Shown here piece by piece: positions 1 to 9,958 of a DNA stretch of 64,000 nt. The notes beneath the pieces were generated by a model. The model was given only the letters and a program-made list of their open reading frames with translations. It did not search any database and was not told the DNA's origin. Numbering within the stretch: position 1 is the first letter of the stretch; every line of letters begins with the position of its first letter. This DNA comes from Pelagibacterium sp. (GTDB lineage: Bacteria > Pseudomonadota > Alphaproteobacteria > Rhizobiales > Devosiaceae). The DNA lies in assembly GCF_048264985.1 (NCBI RefSeq), contig NZ_JBLXCL010000009.1, positions 3,953 through 67,952 of the forward strand, given 5' to 3'. Position numbers and translations under genes: made by a program.

Positions 1-3
1 GAA

Positions 4-411
4 ATGAAAATTCACAACGCCGTCCGCCGTTATGGATCCGACATCACAGTTGCGGAGTGGACGAAGCGGGTTGCCGAGGAGGGCGGATGCAAGCGTGTGG
101 TCGAAGGGTATTGCCGGGCCTTCGTGTTTCAGGAGTCCGTAACGTGGTGGGCCAGCCTTTCTGATGCCCAGCACAACGGGTGGCGACCGATCCTGCGCTG
201 TCTGCGGCGCCATTACGCTCTCAAGCGCGTCAATGCCTGCCCGCCCATCGAACTGGACCTGCGCAGCCTTTTGGCAACCCATGGGAGGGAGTGTCCTCTG
301 TCGAAACTGGAACGATGGGCACGCTGCCCGCAATGCGGCTCCAGTGGTGCCACCATCCAATGGGCTCTGTCTGACGATGAGGTGGCTGAGTTCCGGTTCG
401 GCGGAGCGTAG
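4..411 (+). CDS. Hypothetical Cys-rich Zn-ribbon-like protein at the end of an integrated element; probably 5'-truncated by the window edge
   Basis: C-terminal half has C..C pairs (RCLRR...NAC and RCPQCGS) around LDLRSLLATHG. The N-terminal half (AVRRYGSD...GCKR...YC) looks like the tail of a second copy of the same domain. Codon 1-3 (GAA) is in frame and open. Confidence 0.55.
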   Translation: MKIHNAVRRYGSDITVAEWTKRVAEEGGCKRVVEGYCRAFVFQESVTWWASLSDAQHNGWRPILRCLRRHYALKRVNACPPIELDLRSLLATHGRECPLSKLERWARCPQCGSSGATIQWALSDDEVAEFRFGGA

Positions 412-447
412 GGTAATGGCTTCCGATTCAAGGCCCACCACCAAGAT

Positions 448-660
448 ATGATGCGGGAAATGGTTGAGCAGGGTAACGAAGAGACGCTAGATTTGATCTG
501 GGGCGCAGCGAACATCGCGAAGTTTCTGAACCTCAATTCGACAAGGCAGGCATTCTGGTTTCTCGAAAACGGAAATATCCCGGCGCGCAAGGTTGGCAAC
601 CGATGGGTTGCCAGCCATAGGGTGCTAAAGGCCCACTTTGAAGGAATGAGCGCGAAGTAG
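448..660 (+). CDS. Small helix-turn-helix DNA-binding protein, excisionase/Xis-like
   Basis: 70 aa with DLIWGAANIAKFL...RQAFWFLENGNIPARKVGNRWVA, a pattern typical of phage/IME HTH_17-like proteins; lies 245 bp from an att-like tRNA fragment. Confidence 0.7.
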   Translation: MMREMVEQGNEETLDLIWGAANIAKFLNLNSTRQAFWFLENGNIPARKVGNRWVASHRVLKAHFEGMSAK

Positions 661-845
661 GCAACCCAGAGAAGATGGAGTTGTTTCTGGTGCGGCTCGG
701 TACGCAACTGCCGTAGTGCGGCACTTAAGAGCGAAGGCCTCGATATAGACGGGGTTAAAAATGTTCGGCTCTCTTCGGGCAGACAGTGCTCCGTGGTTCA
801 CCTGAACCACTTTGAAGGAACATATCTGGTACAAATGCGGATATT

Positions 846-902
846 TGGGGTCCGTTACCTTGAGTAACCGTAGAAAAACAGATACTTTGGCGACGGACCC
901 CA
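846..902. repeat. 10-bp perfect inverted repeat abutting the att core
   Basis: TGGGGTCCGT at 846-855 and ACGGACCCCA at 893-902. Confidence 0.7.
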
Positions 903-905
903 GTT

Positions 906-950
906 TTCACACGGCAGGGGTCACTGGTTCAATCCCAGTTACACCCACCA
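906..950 (+). mobile_element. attR-like site: 3' half of tRNA-Val(CAC), not an intact tRNA
   Basis: TTCACAC anticodon loop, GGCAG 3' anticodon stem, T-arm CACTGGTTCAATCCCAGT, and TACACCC-A-CCA end. The 5' acceptor strand and D-arm are absent upstream. Confidence 0.85.
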
Positions 951-1056
951 TTTTTCCATTACAGTTTTGGTTCGTCGGCTGATTCTCGGGCCGCGATTTT
1001 CGGTTCGGTGTCGTGTCGCAACCTGTGCACAGTACCATGGCTGTGCCAGGGCTCTG

Positions 1057-1089
1057 GTTCGGTGCCCCAACTCATGGGGGGCACCGAAC
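1057..1089. terminator. 12-bp stem-loop downstream of the methyltransferase gene
   Basis: GTTCGGTGCCCC at 1057-1068 and GGGGCACCGAAC at 1078-1089. Confidence 0.55.
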
Positions 1090-1115
1090 TGGATGAAGAT
1101 ATGGCTTGGGTGCGC

Positions 1116-1877
1116 TCAGGCGGAAGCGCGGCGGGCTTCAATCGTTATAATCTCGGTATCCCTGGTGGGCGCAATTGCGTGCTGGTAACCGCCCGATACC
1201 ACGAGGTCTGAGAAGCCGGCAGACTGGAGGGCAAGCGAGATCTCGGTGACGCCCCACCAGCGGAGTTTGAACAGGTCGAGTTCGCTCGCCACCAAATTTC
1301 CCTCCTGCCAGTGCTCATAGCGAAGATGCGACAATGTCGTTTGAGCGATGTAGTCGGTTTCCACCAGCTTGTCGGTGAGGGTCAACAGATCGCCCTCGTC
1401 AGTCGTCCAGCTTCGGACGGAGGCTGGTCCAAAAAAGCCGCCGATGGGATCGACATCAAGGATCAAACGTCCGCCAGGCCTGAGCTGCCCGTGGAACCGC
1501 TTCAAGGCTGCAAGTGCAGCGTTTGTGTCGGTTATGAGCTGGAATGAGCCTGCGGGAATGATGATGGCCGAATAGGATTTGTCGCTTTCGAAGTCCCCAA
1601 ATGTCGCGCGGGTGAGGGGGGCAGAAATGTCGCGTTGACGACACGCCTCAGCGCAATAGTCGAGCATTTGTTGAGAGGCATCGTAGCCCTCGATCTCAAA
1701 TCCGGCCTCCAGCAGTGGGACCAGGACGCGGCCGTTGCCGACAGCAGGCTCGAGGATGGGGCCTTGATCGCAAAGCTCAAGGCGTGAGCGATAATACTCT
1801 AGGTCGCCAAATGACCGCCCGATCGGCTTGTCCAGATTGTAGACCCAAGAAGCGAGTTTTGCGTAACGATTTTGCAT
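1116..1877 (-). CDS. Class I SAM-dependent methyltransferase
   Basis: ILEPAVGNGRV motif I, YDASQQML, AIIIPAGSF and LRPGGRLILD. Start placed at ATG 1877 (MQNRY); the ORF is open to 1961. Confidence 0.85.
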   Translation of the reverse strand: MQNRYAKLASWVYNLDKPIGRSFGDLEYYRSRLELCDQGPILEPAVGNGRVLVPLLEAGFEIEGYDASQQMLDYCAEACRQRDISAPLTRATFGDFESDKSYSAIIIPAGSFQLITDTNAALAALKRFHGQLRPGGRLILDVDPIGGFFGPASVRSWTTDEGDLLTLTDKLVETDYIAQTTLSHLRYEHWQEGNLVASELDLFKLRWWGVTEISLALQSAGFSDLVVSGGYQHAIAPTRDTEIITIEARRASA

Positions 1878-1995
1878 TTCAAACCTTGGAAATCGAAATG
1901 GTTTTGCGCTTGTTTCAGCGATTACACATCCGGTCGTATCATCGGTTTTATGGTCTTCCAAGGGAGATTAAATTGCGGTTCGCCCAACGCGCTAA

Positions 1996-2694
1996 TCAGG
2001 GCTTTGAAGCGAGGCCAGCGTGATTTATGCGCAACTCCATACGATCGGCAATGAATCGGGTTCGGATGGCCTGAATGGGGTAACCGGCGGCATCGACATC
2101 GATCGCGTTGCTGATCAGCACTATCGCGTCCGCAGCGCATCTGAGCAGCTCGATATCGTGCTGAGTGACGCGCTCTGCGGTGATCGCGGTCTCCAGACGC
2201 CGATAGTCAACAACGCCTTCTCGGCGCAGGGCTTGGGTTATCGATCCTGTCTCGGCATAGCCCTCGACAACCGCGGGAAACCGTTCGGCTGAAAAATACG
2301 ATGTGGACCGTGATATCGGCATGCTTTCGACGACCGACAATGTCTGAAGTTTGTGCAGTGGTGCCCCAACCCTGCACGACAATTTGTCAGCCATGATGGC
2401 ATCGGCGCGCACGTTGTCGGCCCGGATCAGGCGGCCCGACGGCTCAAGCCCTTGGGCCAGCATGTTCTCTGAGAACCGGGTGCGGGTGCCGATGGCATAG
2501 GCGACGGGGTCCGGCTGGGCGTTGATGAATGTGCCGCGTCCGCGTTCCGGCCGCAAAAGTCCCTCATCGGCGAGTGCCGCAATGGCGCGCCGGACAGTCT
2601 GGCGATTGACGCCGAAACGGGCTGCCAGATCGTGTTCGGCTGGCAGTTTGTCGCTAAAGATGCCTTCGCCAACCTGTATGCGAATGGCATCGGC
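1996..2694 (-). pseudogene. phnF: 5'-truncated PhnF (GntR/UTRA phosphonate regulator)
   Basis: Frame reads LADAIRIQVGEG...LPAEHDLAARFGVNRQTVRRAI...GRGTF...RTRFSEN (wHTH) followed by a UTRA domain. There is no start codon before the in-frame TGA near 2720, and the N-terminal WRQI-type segment is missing. Confidence 0.85.
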
Positions 2695-2760
2695 AAGGAC
2701 AACATCACAGTTCTGGTGTCACTGCATCAGGTCGAGTACGCGCGCCGCTACTGTCAGCGC
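2695..2760 (+). pseudogene. phnC: ~60-bp internal fragment of phnC (phosphonate ABC ATPase H-loop region)
   Basis: From 2701 the frame reads NITVLVSLHQVEYARRYCQR, matching the PhnC ITVxVSLHQVxYAxxYC motif. No start codon and none of the remaining gene. Confidence 0.75.
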
Positions 2761-3089
2761 CACTGATCCCGTCAGATCCGCTCGTCTGGCGCTCGGATCT
2801 GTCCGATGAGACCAAGGATGCGATTTCGATGTTCTTTCTGACCTATGGCACCGAAGAATCCGACGGTGACGTTGAGGCCGAACGCGAAATTCTTGCCGGA
2901 CTGCAGTGGGCACCCTTCCGTGCATCGAGCAACGCACAGTTGCTGCCGATCCGGATCATGGATTTGACCCGCTCCATTGCCGAGATCGAATCCGATGAGG
3001 GCCTGTCCGATGACGAGCGCACAGCTCGGATCGCAGAACTCAGCGCTCAGATCGATCAGTACGAAGCTGAAATGAGCGCCTCGAACTAA
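2761..3089 (+). pseudogene. phnD: C-terminal remnant of PhnD (phosphonate-binding protein)
   Basis: PLIPSDPLVWRSDLSDETKDAISMFFLTYG...LQWAPFRASSNAQLLPIR is the PhnD C-terminus. The signal peptide and about two thirds of the protein are missing, and the frame differs from the phnC fragment. Confidence 0.85.
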
Positions 3090-3143
3090 TCAGATCGGTG
3101 GCGGACGCGCACCGTCGGCCACCTTTCCTCATCTCAAGTTTGG

Positions 3144-3995
3144 ATGCCCGACATGATGGATGACACAGCAATCGCCTCCAACACCCGGAGCTCGGAGCAA
3201 TCGGGCATCAATGCCCAGGCTGTCTTGGCCGCTGGCGGGCAGGGACGTTTGAAACGGTTTCTGTTCCTCATCGCAATCGCATTCATCCTGGCCTGGAGCT
3301 GGGATGCTGCCGGCATGGGGCGCTGGACGTTTCTGTTCAGCGGGTCTGGAAACATGGCCGAGTATGCTTCAGGATTCATGCGACCCGATTTCAGTGACTG
3401 GGCCTATTACCTTCAGCAGATGGTGGTGACGATCCAGATCGCCATCTGGGGCACCTTCCTTGCTGTTCTGTTTGCCATCCCGCTGGGCATCATGTCAGCG
3501 CATAACATGGTGCCCTGGTGGATTCTCCAGCCTGTCCGTCGCCTGATGGACCTGTTTCGCGCGATCCACGAAATCGTCTTTGCCGTGTTGTTCGTGGTTG
3601 CTGTCGGACTGGGGCCGTTTGCCGGGGTGATGGCCCTTTTCGTTCATACCACGGGTGTCCTCGCCAAACTGTTTTCCGAAGCCGTGGAGGCCAGCGATCC
3701 GCGACCCGTAGAAGCTATTCGTACGACTGGCGCTTCGCGCATCCAGCAGATCATTTTCGGTGTGATCCCGCAGGTGCTGCCGTTGTGGATTTCCTATGCG
3801 CTCTATCGGCTGGAATCCAATGTGAGGTCGGCCACCGTGCTTGGCATCATTGGCGCTGGCGGCATCGGTCAGGTGCTGTTTGAATCCGTACGCGGATTTT
3901 ACTATCCGGAATCCGCCGCTATCCTGCTCATCGTCGTGCTGACTGTCACAATGATCGACTTCGTCTCGCAATTCCTTCGTAAGCTGGCGATCTGA
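3144..3995 (+). CDS. phnE: Phosphonate ABC transporter permease
   Basis: [28 protein letters not shown]...EAIRTTGA (EAA motif), [14 protein letters not shown]. Confidence 0.93.
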   Translation: MPDMMDDTAIASNTRSSEQSGINAQAVLAAGGQGRLKRFLFLIAIAFILAWSWDAAGMGRWTFLFSGSGNMAEYASGFMRPDFSDWAYYLQQMVVTIQIAIWGTFLAVLFAIPLGIMSAHNMVPWWILQPVRRLMDLFRAIHEIVFAVLFVVAVGLGPFAGVMALFVHTTGVLAKLFSEAVEASDPRPVEAIRTTGASRIQQIIFGVIPQVLPLWISYALYRLESNVRSATVLGIIGAGGIGQVLFESVRGFYYPESAAILLIVVLTVTMIDFVSQFLRKLAI

Positions 3996-4690
3996 TGCGC
4001 GTCGCAATCTACTACACGCCAGCCAAGAACAATCCGCTAGCCCGCGCTGCCGCCCAATGGCTTGGCCGTAGCGCCTTTTCCGCTGATGACGTCGCCAAGC
4101 CCGACCCTGCGATTGCGCGATGGGTGACCGAACCGCAGCGATATGGCTTCCACGCTACGCTGCGTGCGCCGTTTCACCTGGCCGATGGTGTTTCTCTGGG
4201 TGATGTCGAACAGATGGTGATGTCGCTGGCCGCCCGGACCGAAAATGTTGCTCTTGGCCAACTTCAGTTGGGATCACTGAACGGCTTTCTGGCACTTACG
4301 GCCCCCCAGGTCGGGGCCGAACTGGTTGCCCTCGAAGCGCAAGTTCGTGAACGCTGCGAGCCGTTTCGCGCTCCGCTTAATGCAGACGAGATTGCGCGGC
4401 GCAAGCCTGAGCGCCTTTCAGCATCCCAGCGGCGCAATCTGGACGATTGGGGCTATCCAAATGTTGGAACCGATTTCCGATTTCACATGACCCTGACCAA
4501 TAGCCTTGGCCCAGATGCGCCGACAGGGGAACTGGCCCGCCGAGCCGACGCGGTTTTTGCCCAGCATTTGTCCAGGACGCATTTTCTGGACGCTCTTGCG
4601 ATCTTTGTCGAGGACGCGCCGGGCGCGCCGTTTCGCATACTTGAGCTCTATCCGCTTCAACGACCGATCAACATGGCCGCATACTTATGA
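3995..4690 (+). CDS. DUF1045 phosphonate-metabolism protein (2H phosphoesterase-like)
   Basis: RVAIYYTP, YGFHATL and FRFHMTLT (two HxT motifs); typical position upstream of phnM. Confidence 0.85.
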   Translation: MRVAIYYTPAKNNPLARAAAQWLGRSAFSADDVAKPDPAIARWVTEPQRYGFHATLRAPFHLADGVSLGDVEQMVMSLAARTENVALGQLQLGSLNGFLALTAPQVGAELVALEAQVRERCEPFRAPLNADEIARRKPERLSASQRRNLDDWGYPNVGTDFRFHMTLTNSLGPDAPTGELARRADAVFAQHLSRTHFLDALAIFVEDAPGAPFRILELYPLQRPINMAAYL

Positions 4691-5823
4691 ACGAACTTAC
4701 ATTCACCAATGGCCGCATCGTGCTTTTCGATCGGGTTGTCCATGGCTCAATAAACATACGCGACGGCGTCATTGCCGATATTTCGGAAAGTCCTTCGAGA
4801 TCGGGTCAAGATCTCGAGGGCGATACCGTTATTCCCGGGTGTGTCGAGCTTCATACCGATCACATAGAATCTCACCTTCAGCCGCGCCCTAAGGTGCGCT
4901 GGAACCTCCAGGCGGCACTACGCGCCCATGATGGACAGATTGCCACCTCAGGTATCACCACAGTCTTTGATGCATTGCGGGTCGGGATGGAGGGCGATAC
5001 CGAGTTCGGTGCGCAGGACATGTGCGACATTGCCCAGATCATTGCAGAGTCCGCCGAGCAAGACAGCCTGAGAGCGGAGCACTTCATACATTTGCGGTGT
5101 GAGGTGTCGGTCGACGATGTGGTTGAGCATTTCGACGCGCTGAGCGGCAATCCGCGCGTCCGGCTCGCGTCATTGATGGATCACGCGCCCGGACAGCGAC
5201 AGTTTGTCGATCCTGCAGCGTACCGGCTCTATTATCAGGGCAAGAAGAAGCTCTCGGACGCCGACTTCGAACGCTATTGCGCGCGACGCACTTCGGAATC
5301 TGAACGAAATTCGGATCGAAACCGAAAACTCATCGCGCAGCGCTGCCAGGCACAAGGGACAGCGATTGCATCTCATGACGATGCTCTGCCAGCACATGTC
5401 GAGGAAAGCATAGGGCTTGGGGTTGCGTTGGCCGAATTTCCCACGACCATCGAGGCAGCACGATTGTCGCATGAGGCCGGATTGCTTGTTCTCATGGGTG
5501 CTCCCAATGTGGTGAGGGGCGGCTCGCATTCGGGGAATGTATCGGCGCGCACTTTGCTAGAGCTGGGCTGCCTTGATATCCTGTCGTCCGATTATGTGCA
5601 CTTCAGCTTGATCCAGGCCGCGTTTTTTCTCGCCGATGACGGCGCGACCGATCTTGCTCATGCCGTCAGGCTGATTTTGGCCAATCCAGCCGAGGCAGCA
5701 AGGCTTGACGATCGCGGACGTATCGAGACAGGTCGTCGCGCCGATCTCGTACGGGTAAGAACTGCTTCTGGCCAACCGCCACGGGTGCATTCGGTCTGGC
5801 GGGAGGGCAATCGTGTTGCCTAG
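4687..5823 (+). CDS. phnM: Alpha-D-ribose 1-methylphosphonate 5-triphosphate diphosphatase
   Basis: ELHTDH, HLRCE, MDHAPGQRQF, ASHDD, MGAPNVVRGGSHSGN, LSSDY. Confidence 0.95.
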   Translation: MNELTFTNGRIVLFDRVVHGSINIRDGVIADISESPSRSGQDLEGDTVIPGCVELHTDHIESHLQPRPKVRWNLQAALRAHDGQIATSGITTVFDALRVGMEGDTEFGAQDMCDIAQIIAESAEQDSLRAEHFIHLRCEVSVDDVVEHFDALSGNPRVRLASLMDHAPGQRQFVDPAAYRLYYQGKKKLSDADFERYCARRTSESERNSDRNRKLIAQRCQAQGTAIASHDDALPAHVEESIGLGVALAEFPTTIEAARLSHEAGLLVLMGAPNVVRGGSHSGNVSARTLLELGCLDILSSDYVHFSLIQAAFFLADDGATDLAHAVRLILANPAEAARLDDRGRIETGRRADLVRVRTASGQPPRVHSVWREGNRVA

Positions 5824-6364
5824 AGGGCGGTTTGCAGCTGTTGTGGGGCAGAGCGGAGCGGGCAAGGACACCTTGCTGAAAGGCGCAGCGCAGGCTTTGG
5901 CAGATCGAACCGACATCTGCTTTGTGCGCCGCGTAATTACGCGTGCGCCGGACGGTGCAACTGAAGATCACGATACGCTTTCAACTCAAGCATTCGCGAC
6001 CGCGCGAGCTGCGGGAAAGTTCTGCCTGACCTGGCAAGCGCACGGACTTTGCTATGGCCCGCCGGTTGAAATCATGGCGCGGGCTGACCGTGGCACGCTA
6101 TTGATCGCAAATGTCTCCCGCGGCATTCTTGATGAGGCGTCGTCGCTTTTTCAAGAGATGACGGTTATCAATATCGAAGCCGATGAGGCGGTGCTTGCCC
6201 GGCGGATTGCGGCGCGCGGGCGCGAGAGCGCCGAGGCCGTTGCAATGCGGCTGGCGCGGCGGGTCCCGCTCAAAGTCGATGGCCGCAAGGTGCATACAAT
6301 TGATAATTCGTTTGATGTAGCGTCTGGAACCAAGGCGCTTGTCACGGTGCTGAACTCGCTCTGA
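5813..6364 (+). CDS. phnN: Ribose 1,5-bisphosphate phosphokinase
   Basis: VVGQSGAGKDTL P-loop, RRVITR, WQAHGLCYG, ANVSR, RGRES. Confidence 0.93.
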   Translation: MLPRGRFAAVVGQSGAGKDTLLKGAAQALADRTDICFVRRVITRAPDGATEDHDTLSTQAFATARAAGKFCLTWQAHGLCYGPPVEIMARADRGTLLIANVSRGILDEASSLFQEMTVINIEADEAVLARRIAARGRESAEAVAMRLARRVPLKVDGRKVHTIDNSFDVASGTKALVTVLNSL

Positions 6365-6376
6365 CCCGGTGTGGAG

Positions 6377-7141
6377 CTAAAGCGAGATTGTCAGACCGCC
6401 ATCGACATAGAGGGTGTGTCCGTTGACAAAGCTCGCGGCATCAGAGGCGAGAAAGATCGCCGCGCCTTTGAGCTCATCGAGATTGCCCCATCGTCCGGCG
6501 GGTGTGCGCGCTTCAAGCCAGGCGGTGAATTTTTCGTCGTCGATCAGCGCCTTGTTGAGCGGTGTCTTGAAATAGCCCGGTGCGATGGCGTTGACCTGTA
6601 GACCCTTGCCCGCCCAATCGGTGGCCATGCCTCGCGTCAGGTTGCGTACTGCGCCCTTTGCCGCTGTGTAAGGCGCTACCGATGCTCGGGCCAATTCGGA
6701 CGTGGCTGACGCGATATTGACAATTCGTCCATGACCGCGGGGGATCATGAAACGTGCAACTGCCTGGGCGACGTAAAAAACCGAGGTAAGATTGGTCCGC
6801 ATCAACGCATCCCATTTGTCATGGGGAAAGTCTTCGAGAGGTGCGCGGTGCTGCATGCCCGCATTGTTGATCAGGATGTCGATCGGTGCGATGCGGGCCT
6901 CAATGCTTTCAATTGCAGAACTGACGTTTTCGGGGTCTGTAACGTCGAAGGGTACAGCGTGCGCGTCGTGGCCGTCGGCTCTTAGTGCAGCGGTGGCTGC
7001 CTCAAGCTTGTCGGAGCTGCGTCCGTTCAGGATGACGCGAGCGCCGTGGGATGCCAGCCCTTCGGCGAGCGCATAACCGATCCCCTGGGAGGAGCCGGTG
7101 ATGAGCGCAGTTTTTCCTGTGAGATCGAAGAAATTGGTCAT
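6377..7141 (-). CDS. idnO: Gluconate 5-dehydrogenase-like SDR
   Basis: TGSSQGIG, NNAGMQHRAPLEDF, YTAAKG, NAIAPGYFKTPLN, LEARTPAGRWG. Confidence 0.85.
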   Translation of the reverse strand: MTNFFDLTGKTALITGSSQGIGYALAEGLASHGARVILNGRSSDKLEAATAALRADGHDAHAVPFDVTDPENVSSAIESIEARIAPIDILINNAGMQHRAPLEDFPHDKWDALMRTNLTSVFYVAQAVARFMIPRGHGRIVNIASATSELARASVAPYTAAKGAVRNLTRGMATDWAGKGLQVNAIAPGYFKTPLNKALIDDEKFTAWLEARTPAGRWGNLDELKGAAIFLASDAASFVNGHTLYVDGGLTISL

Positions 7142-7185
7142 AAGTGGGCTCCTGTGATTCTGGCGAAATGTGCGCAATCAAATCG

Positions 7186-7199
7186 AGATAGCGCTACCT
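7186..7199. promoter_or_regulatory. Candidate LacI/GntR-type operator upstream of the gluconate dehydrogenase gene
   Basis: Near-palindrome AGATAGCGCTACCT with the central GCGC typical of LacI-family operators; a similar half-site lies at 14246. Confidence 0.45.
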
Positions 7200-7250
7200 T
7201 TCGCCCCAGCCCCCGCCCCAGCAGGGGAAGGGTGACCGCAGTGGAACGGA

Positions 7251-9032
7251 TCAATGGTTATCGCGTGGCAGGCCTTTTGATTGCGCGATGCGTTGGTAGT
7301 TGACTGCTGGTTTGAGGACGGCGCCATCGCCGAGCTGGTCGACAATGCCACGCTGGATCTCCTGCCAGGGGGTCTGGTGGTCGGGGAACGGGTAGCCGCC
7401 ATTGGCTTCAAGTTCGGCGCGGCGCCGGGTGATCTCCTCGTCACTGAGCAGCATGTTTGCAGTGCCGGTCTTGAGGTCGATCCTGACCTGGTCGCCGGTC
7501 TGGATGATGGCCAGACCGCCGCCCGCTGCAGCTTCGGGGGATGCGTTGAGGATCGAGGGTGAACCCGACGTGCCCGACTGGCGGCCATCACCGATGCAGG
7601 GCAGCGAGAGGATTCCGCGCTTGATCAGGTATGAGGGCGGACGCATGTTGACCACTTCGGCAGCGCCCGGATAGCCGATGGGGCCGGCACCGCGCATAAA
7701 CAGCAGTGTAAACTCATCGATCTCAAGCGCCGGATCGTCGATCCGGTGATGGTAATCCTCCGGGCCGTCAAACACTACGGCCTTGCCCTCGAACGCTTCG
7801 GGGTCGTTCGGATTTGACAGATAGCGCTTGCGGAATTCCGGCGAGATCACCGAGGTCTTCATGATAGCGCTGTCGAACAGATTGCCCGAGAGTACGATAA
7901 AGCCGGCATCCTCGGTCAACGGGGTCTCGAACGGACGGATGACATCGGTGTCGAGAATGGGCGTTGAACGGCAGTTCTCGCCGATGGTCTTGCCGTTGAC
8001 GGTGGGGGCATCCTCATAAATCAGCCCCTTTTTCATCAGCTCGTTGACCACTGCGGGAACGCCTCCGGCGCGGTGGTAGTCTTCGCCCAGATATTCGCCT
8101 GCGGGCTGGAGATTGACCAGCAACGGGATATGGTGGCCATGAGCCTGCCAGTCCGATATTTTGAGATCGACCCCGATGTGACGGGCAATGGCGTTGATAT
8201 GGATCGGCGCGTTTGTCGAGCCGCCGATTGCGGAATTGACAGCGATGGCGTTGAAAAAGTTTTCGCGGGTGAGGATGTCGGAGGGTTTGAGATCTTTATG
8301 GACCATGTCCACAATGCGTTTGCCAGTGCGCCAGGCGGTCGCTGCGCGGTCCTTGTGGGGGGCGGGGATGGCTGCTGAACCGGGAAGCTGCATGCCCAGT
8401 GCTTCGGCCAGCGAATTCATCGTTGTGGCCGTGCCCATGGTGTTGCAATAGCCAACCGAAGGCGCCGATGAGGCGACGAGTTCGATGAACTCCTCATACC
8501 CGATTTCGCCAGCGGCCATCATTTCCCGAGCCTTCCAGACGATCGTGCCCGAGCCGGTGCGTTCGCCCTTGAACCAGCCATTGAGCATGGGGCCGACCGA
8601 GAGCGCGATGGCTGGAATATCAACTGTGGCTGCGGCCATGAGCATGGCCGGTGTGGTCTTGTCGCAACCGATGGTCAGAACCACGCCATCAAGCGGGTAG
8701 CCATAGAGAACCTCGACAAGTCCGAGATAGGCAAGGTTGCGATCAAGCCCGGCCGTCGGGCGCTTGCCGGTTTCCTGGATCGGATGAACTGGAAACTCGA
8801 AAGCGATACCGCCAGCCTCGCGGATGCCTTCGCGCACACGGTCAGCAAGCACAATATGGTGGCGATTGCAGGGGGACAAATCCGAGCCGGTCTGCGCGAT
8901 GCCGATGATCGGTTTGCCCGACTGGAGCTCTTCGCGGGTGATGCCGTAGTTCATGTAGCGCTCGAGATAGAGCGCTGTCATGTCGGGGTTGTCAGGATTG
9001 TCGAACCAGGCGCGGGAGCGCAGCTTTTTCAA
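7251..9032 (-). CDS. IlvD/Edd-family sugar-acid dehydratase (arabinonate/xylonate dehydratase-like)
   Basis: [55 protein letters not shown]; TTG start overlaps the upstream stop. Confidence 0.9.
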   Translation of the reverse strand: MKKLRSRAWFDNPDNPDMTALYLERYMNYGITREELQSGKPIIGIAQTGSDLSPCNRHHIVLADRVREGIREAGGIAFEFPVHPIQETGKRPTAGLDRNLAYLGLVEVLYGYPLDGVVLTIGCDKTTPAMLMAAATVDIPAIALSVGPMLNGWFKGERTGSGTIVWKAREMMAAGEIGYEEFIELVASSAPSVGYCNTMGTATTMNSLAEALGMQLPGSAAIPAPHKDRAATAWRTGKRIVDMVHKDLKPSDILTRENFFNAIAVNSAIGGSTNAPIHINAIARHIGVDLKISDWQAHGHHIPLLVNLQPAGEYLGEDYHRAGGVPAVVNELMKKGLIYEDAPTVNGKTIGENCRSTPILDTDVIRPFETPLTEDAGFIVLSGNLFDSAIMKTSVISPEFRKRYLSNPNDPEAFEGKAVVFDGPEDYHHRIDDPALEIDEFTLLFMRGAGPIGYPGAAEVVNMRPPSYLIKRGILSLPCIGDGRQSGTSGSPSILNASPEAAAGGGLAIIQTGDQVRIDLKTGTANMLLSDEEITRRRAELEANGGYPFPDHQTPWQEIQRGIVDQLGDGAVLKPAVNYQRIAQSKGLPRDNH

Positions 9033-9958
9033 AGTGTTTCTCCAGTTCCGCTCGTGCTCGATTTGACCTTGGCGGCGCGCTTTGTGCGCTGTTCGCGAAG
9101 GTAGATGATGAAGCTCGAGGTGATGATGATGGCGGCCCCAACAAGGGTGAGGACGCGTGGAAGTTCGTCAAAGAACAGATAGCCGAAAATAATTGCCCAG
9201 GGCAGGAGCGTGTATTGCAGGGGCGCCACTGCAGCGGCGTCGGCCAGCTTGACCGCGCGGTTGACGCACATATGGGCCAGCATTGCGACGACGCCGAGCG
9301 TTCCGAGCAAGAGGAAGTCGGGCAGCGTTGGGGTGACCCAGCCAAAGGGCATCAGGATTATGCCCGCAATCAAAGCGCCTGCAATCTGGAAAAAGACGAG
9401 GGTCTTATCCGGGGTGCCGCGCAGGGTGCGCCCGGTGATGACCATAAGGGCGAAGGCGAGCGTGCCAACTACCGAAACGGCAATGGCGAGCGGATTGATT
9501 TCGCCCGACGGCGTCAAAGCGATGAGGACGCCGACAAACCCAAGGCCGATAGCTGCCCAGCGGATGGGACCGACCTTTTCCTTGAGAAGAAATGGCGACA
9601 TGGCAGCAACATAGATGGGCGCGGCCAGCCAGTAGGTCATCACGTCGGCAAGCGGCAGGAAATAGACCGCCCAGTAGAAACAGAACACCTCCGCTGTCGA
9701 AAACACGACGCGGGCGAATTGGAGCATGGGCCGTTCGGCCGACAGGATGGGCCTTAGTCCCGATTTCCAGAGGAAGGGCAGGAGAATGACCAGGGCGACG
9801 GCAGAACGCAGCAAAAGAACCTGGCCGACCGAATAGGTTGAAACAAGCCATTTGCCCATGGCGTCATTGAGCGAAAACAGGAACATGGCCAGCAGCATGA
9901 TGAGCACGCCCATGCGGGCTGGCGACATCGTCGTGGCTGTGGCCTTCACGGTGGTCAT
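9029..9958 (-). CDS. DMT/EamA-family transporter
   Basis: About 10 hydrophobic helices; [33 protein letters not shown]. Confidence 0.9.
   Translation of the reverse strand: MTTVKATATTMSPARMGVLIMLLAMFLFSLNDAMGKWLVSTYSVGQVLLLRSAVALVILLPFLWKSGLRPILSAERPMLQFARVVFSTAEVFCFYWAVYFLPLADVMTYWLAAPIYVAAMSPFLLKEKVGPIRWAAIGLGFVGVLIALTPSGEINPLAIAVSVVGTLAFALMVITGRTLRGTPDKTLVFFQIAGALIAGIILMPFGWVTPTLPDFLLLGTLGVVAMLAHMCVNRAVKLADAAAVAPLQYTLLPWAIIFGYLFFDELPRVLTLVGAAIIITSSFIIYLREQRTKRAAKVKSSTSGTGETL

Noticed and set aside
875-950. Intact tRNA-Val gene
   Set aside because: No 5' acceptor strand (GGGTGT...), D-arm or 5' anticodon stem upstream of 906; only the 3' half is present.
1996-2556. ORF-track 186-aa protein as a complete gene
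   Set aside because: Its start lies inside the PhnF wHTH domain; homology continues upstream to about 2694 without a start codon.
2695-6364. Functional C-P lyase pathway
   Set aside because: phnGHIJKL are absent from the window and phnC/phnD are fragments.
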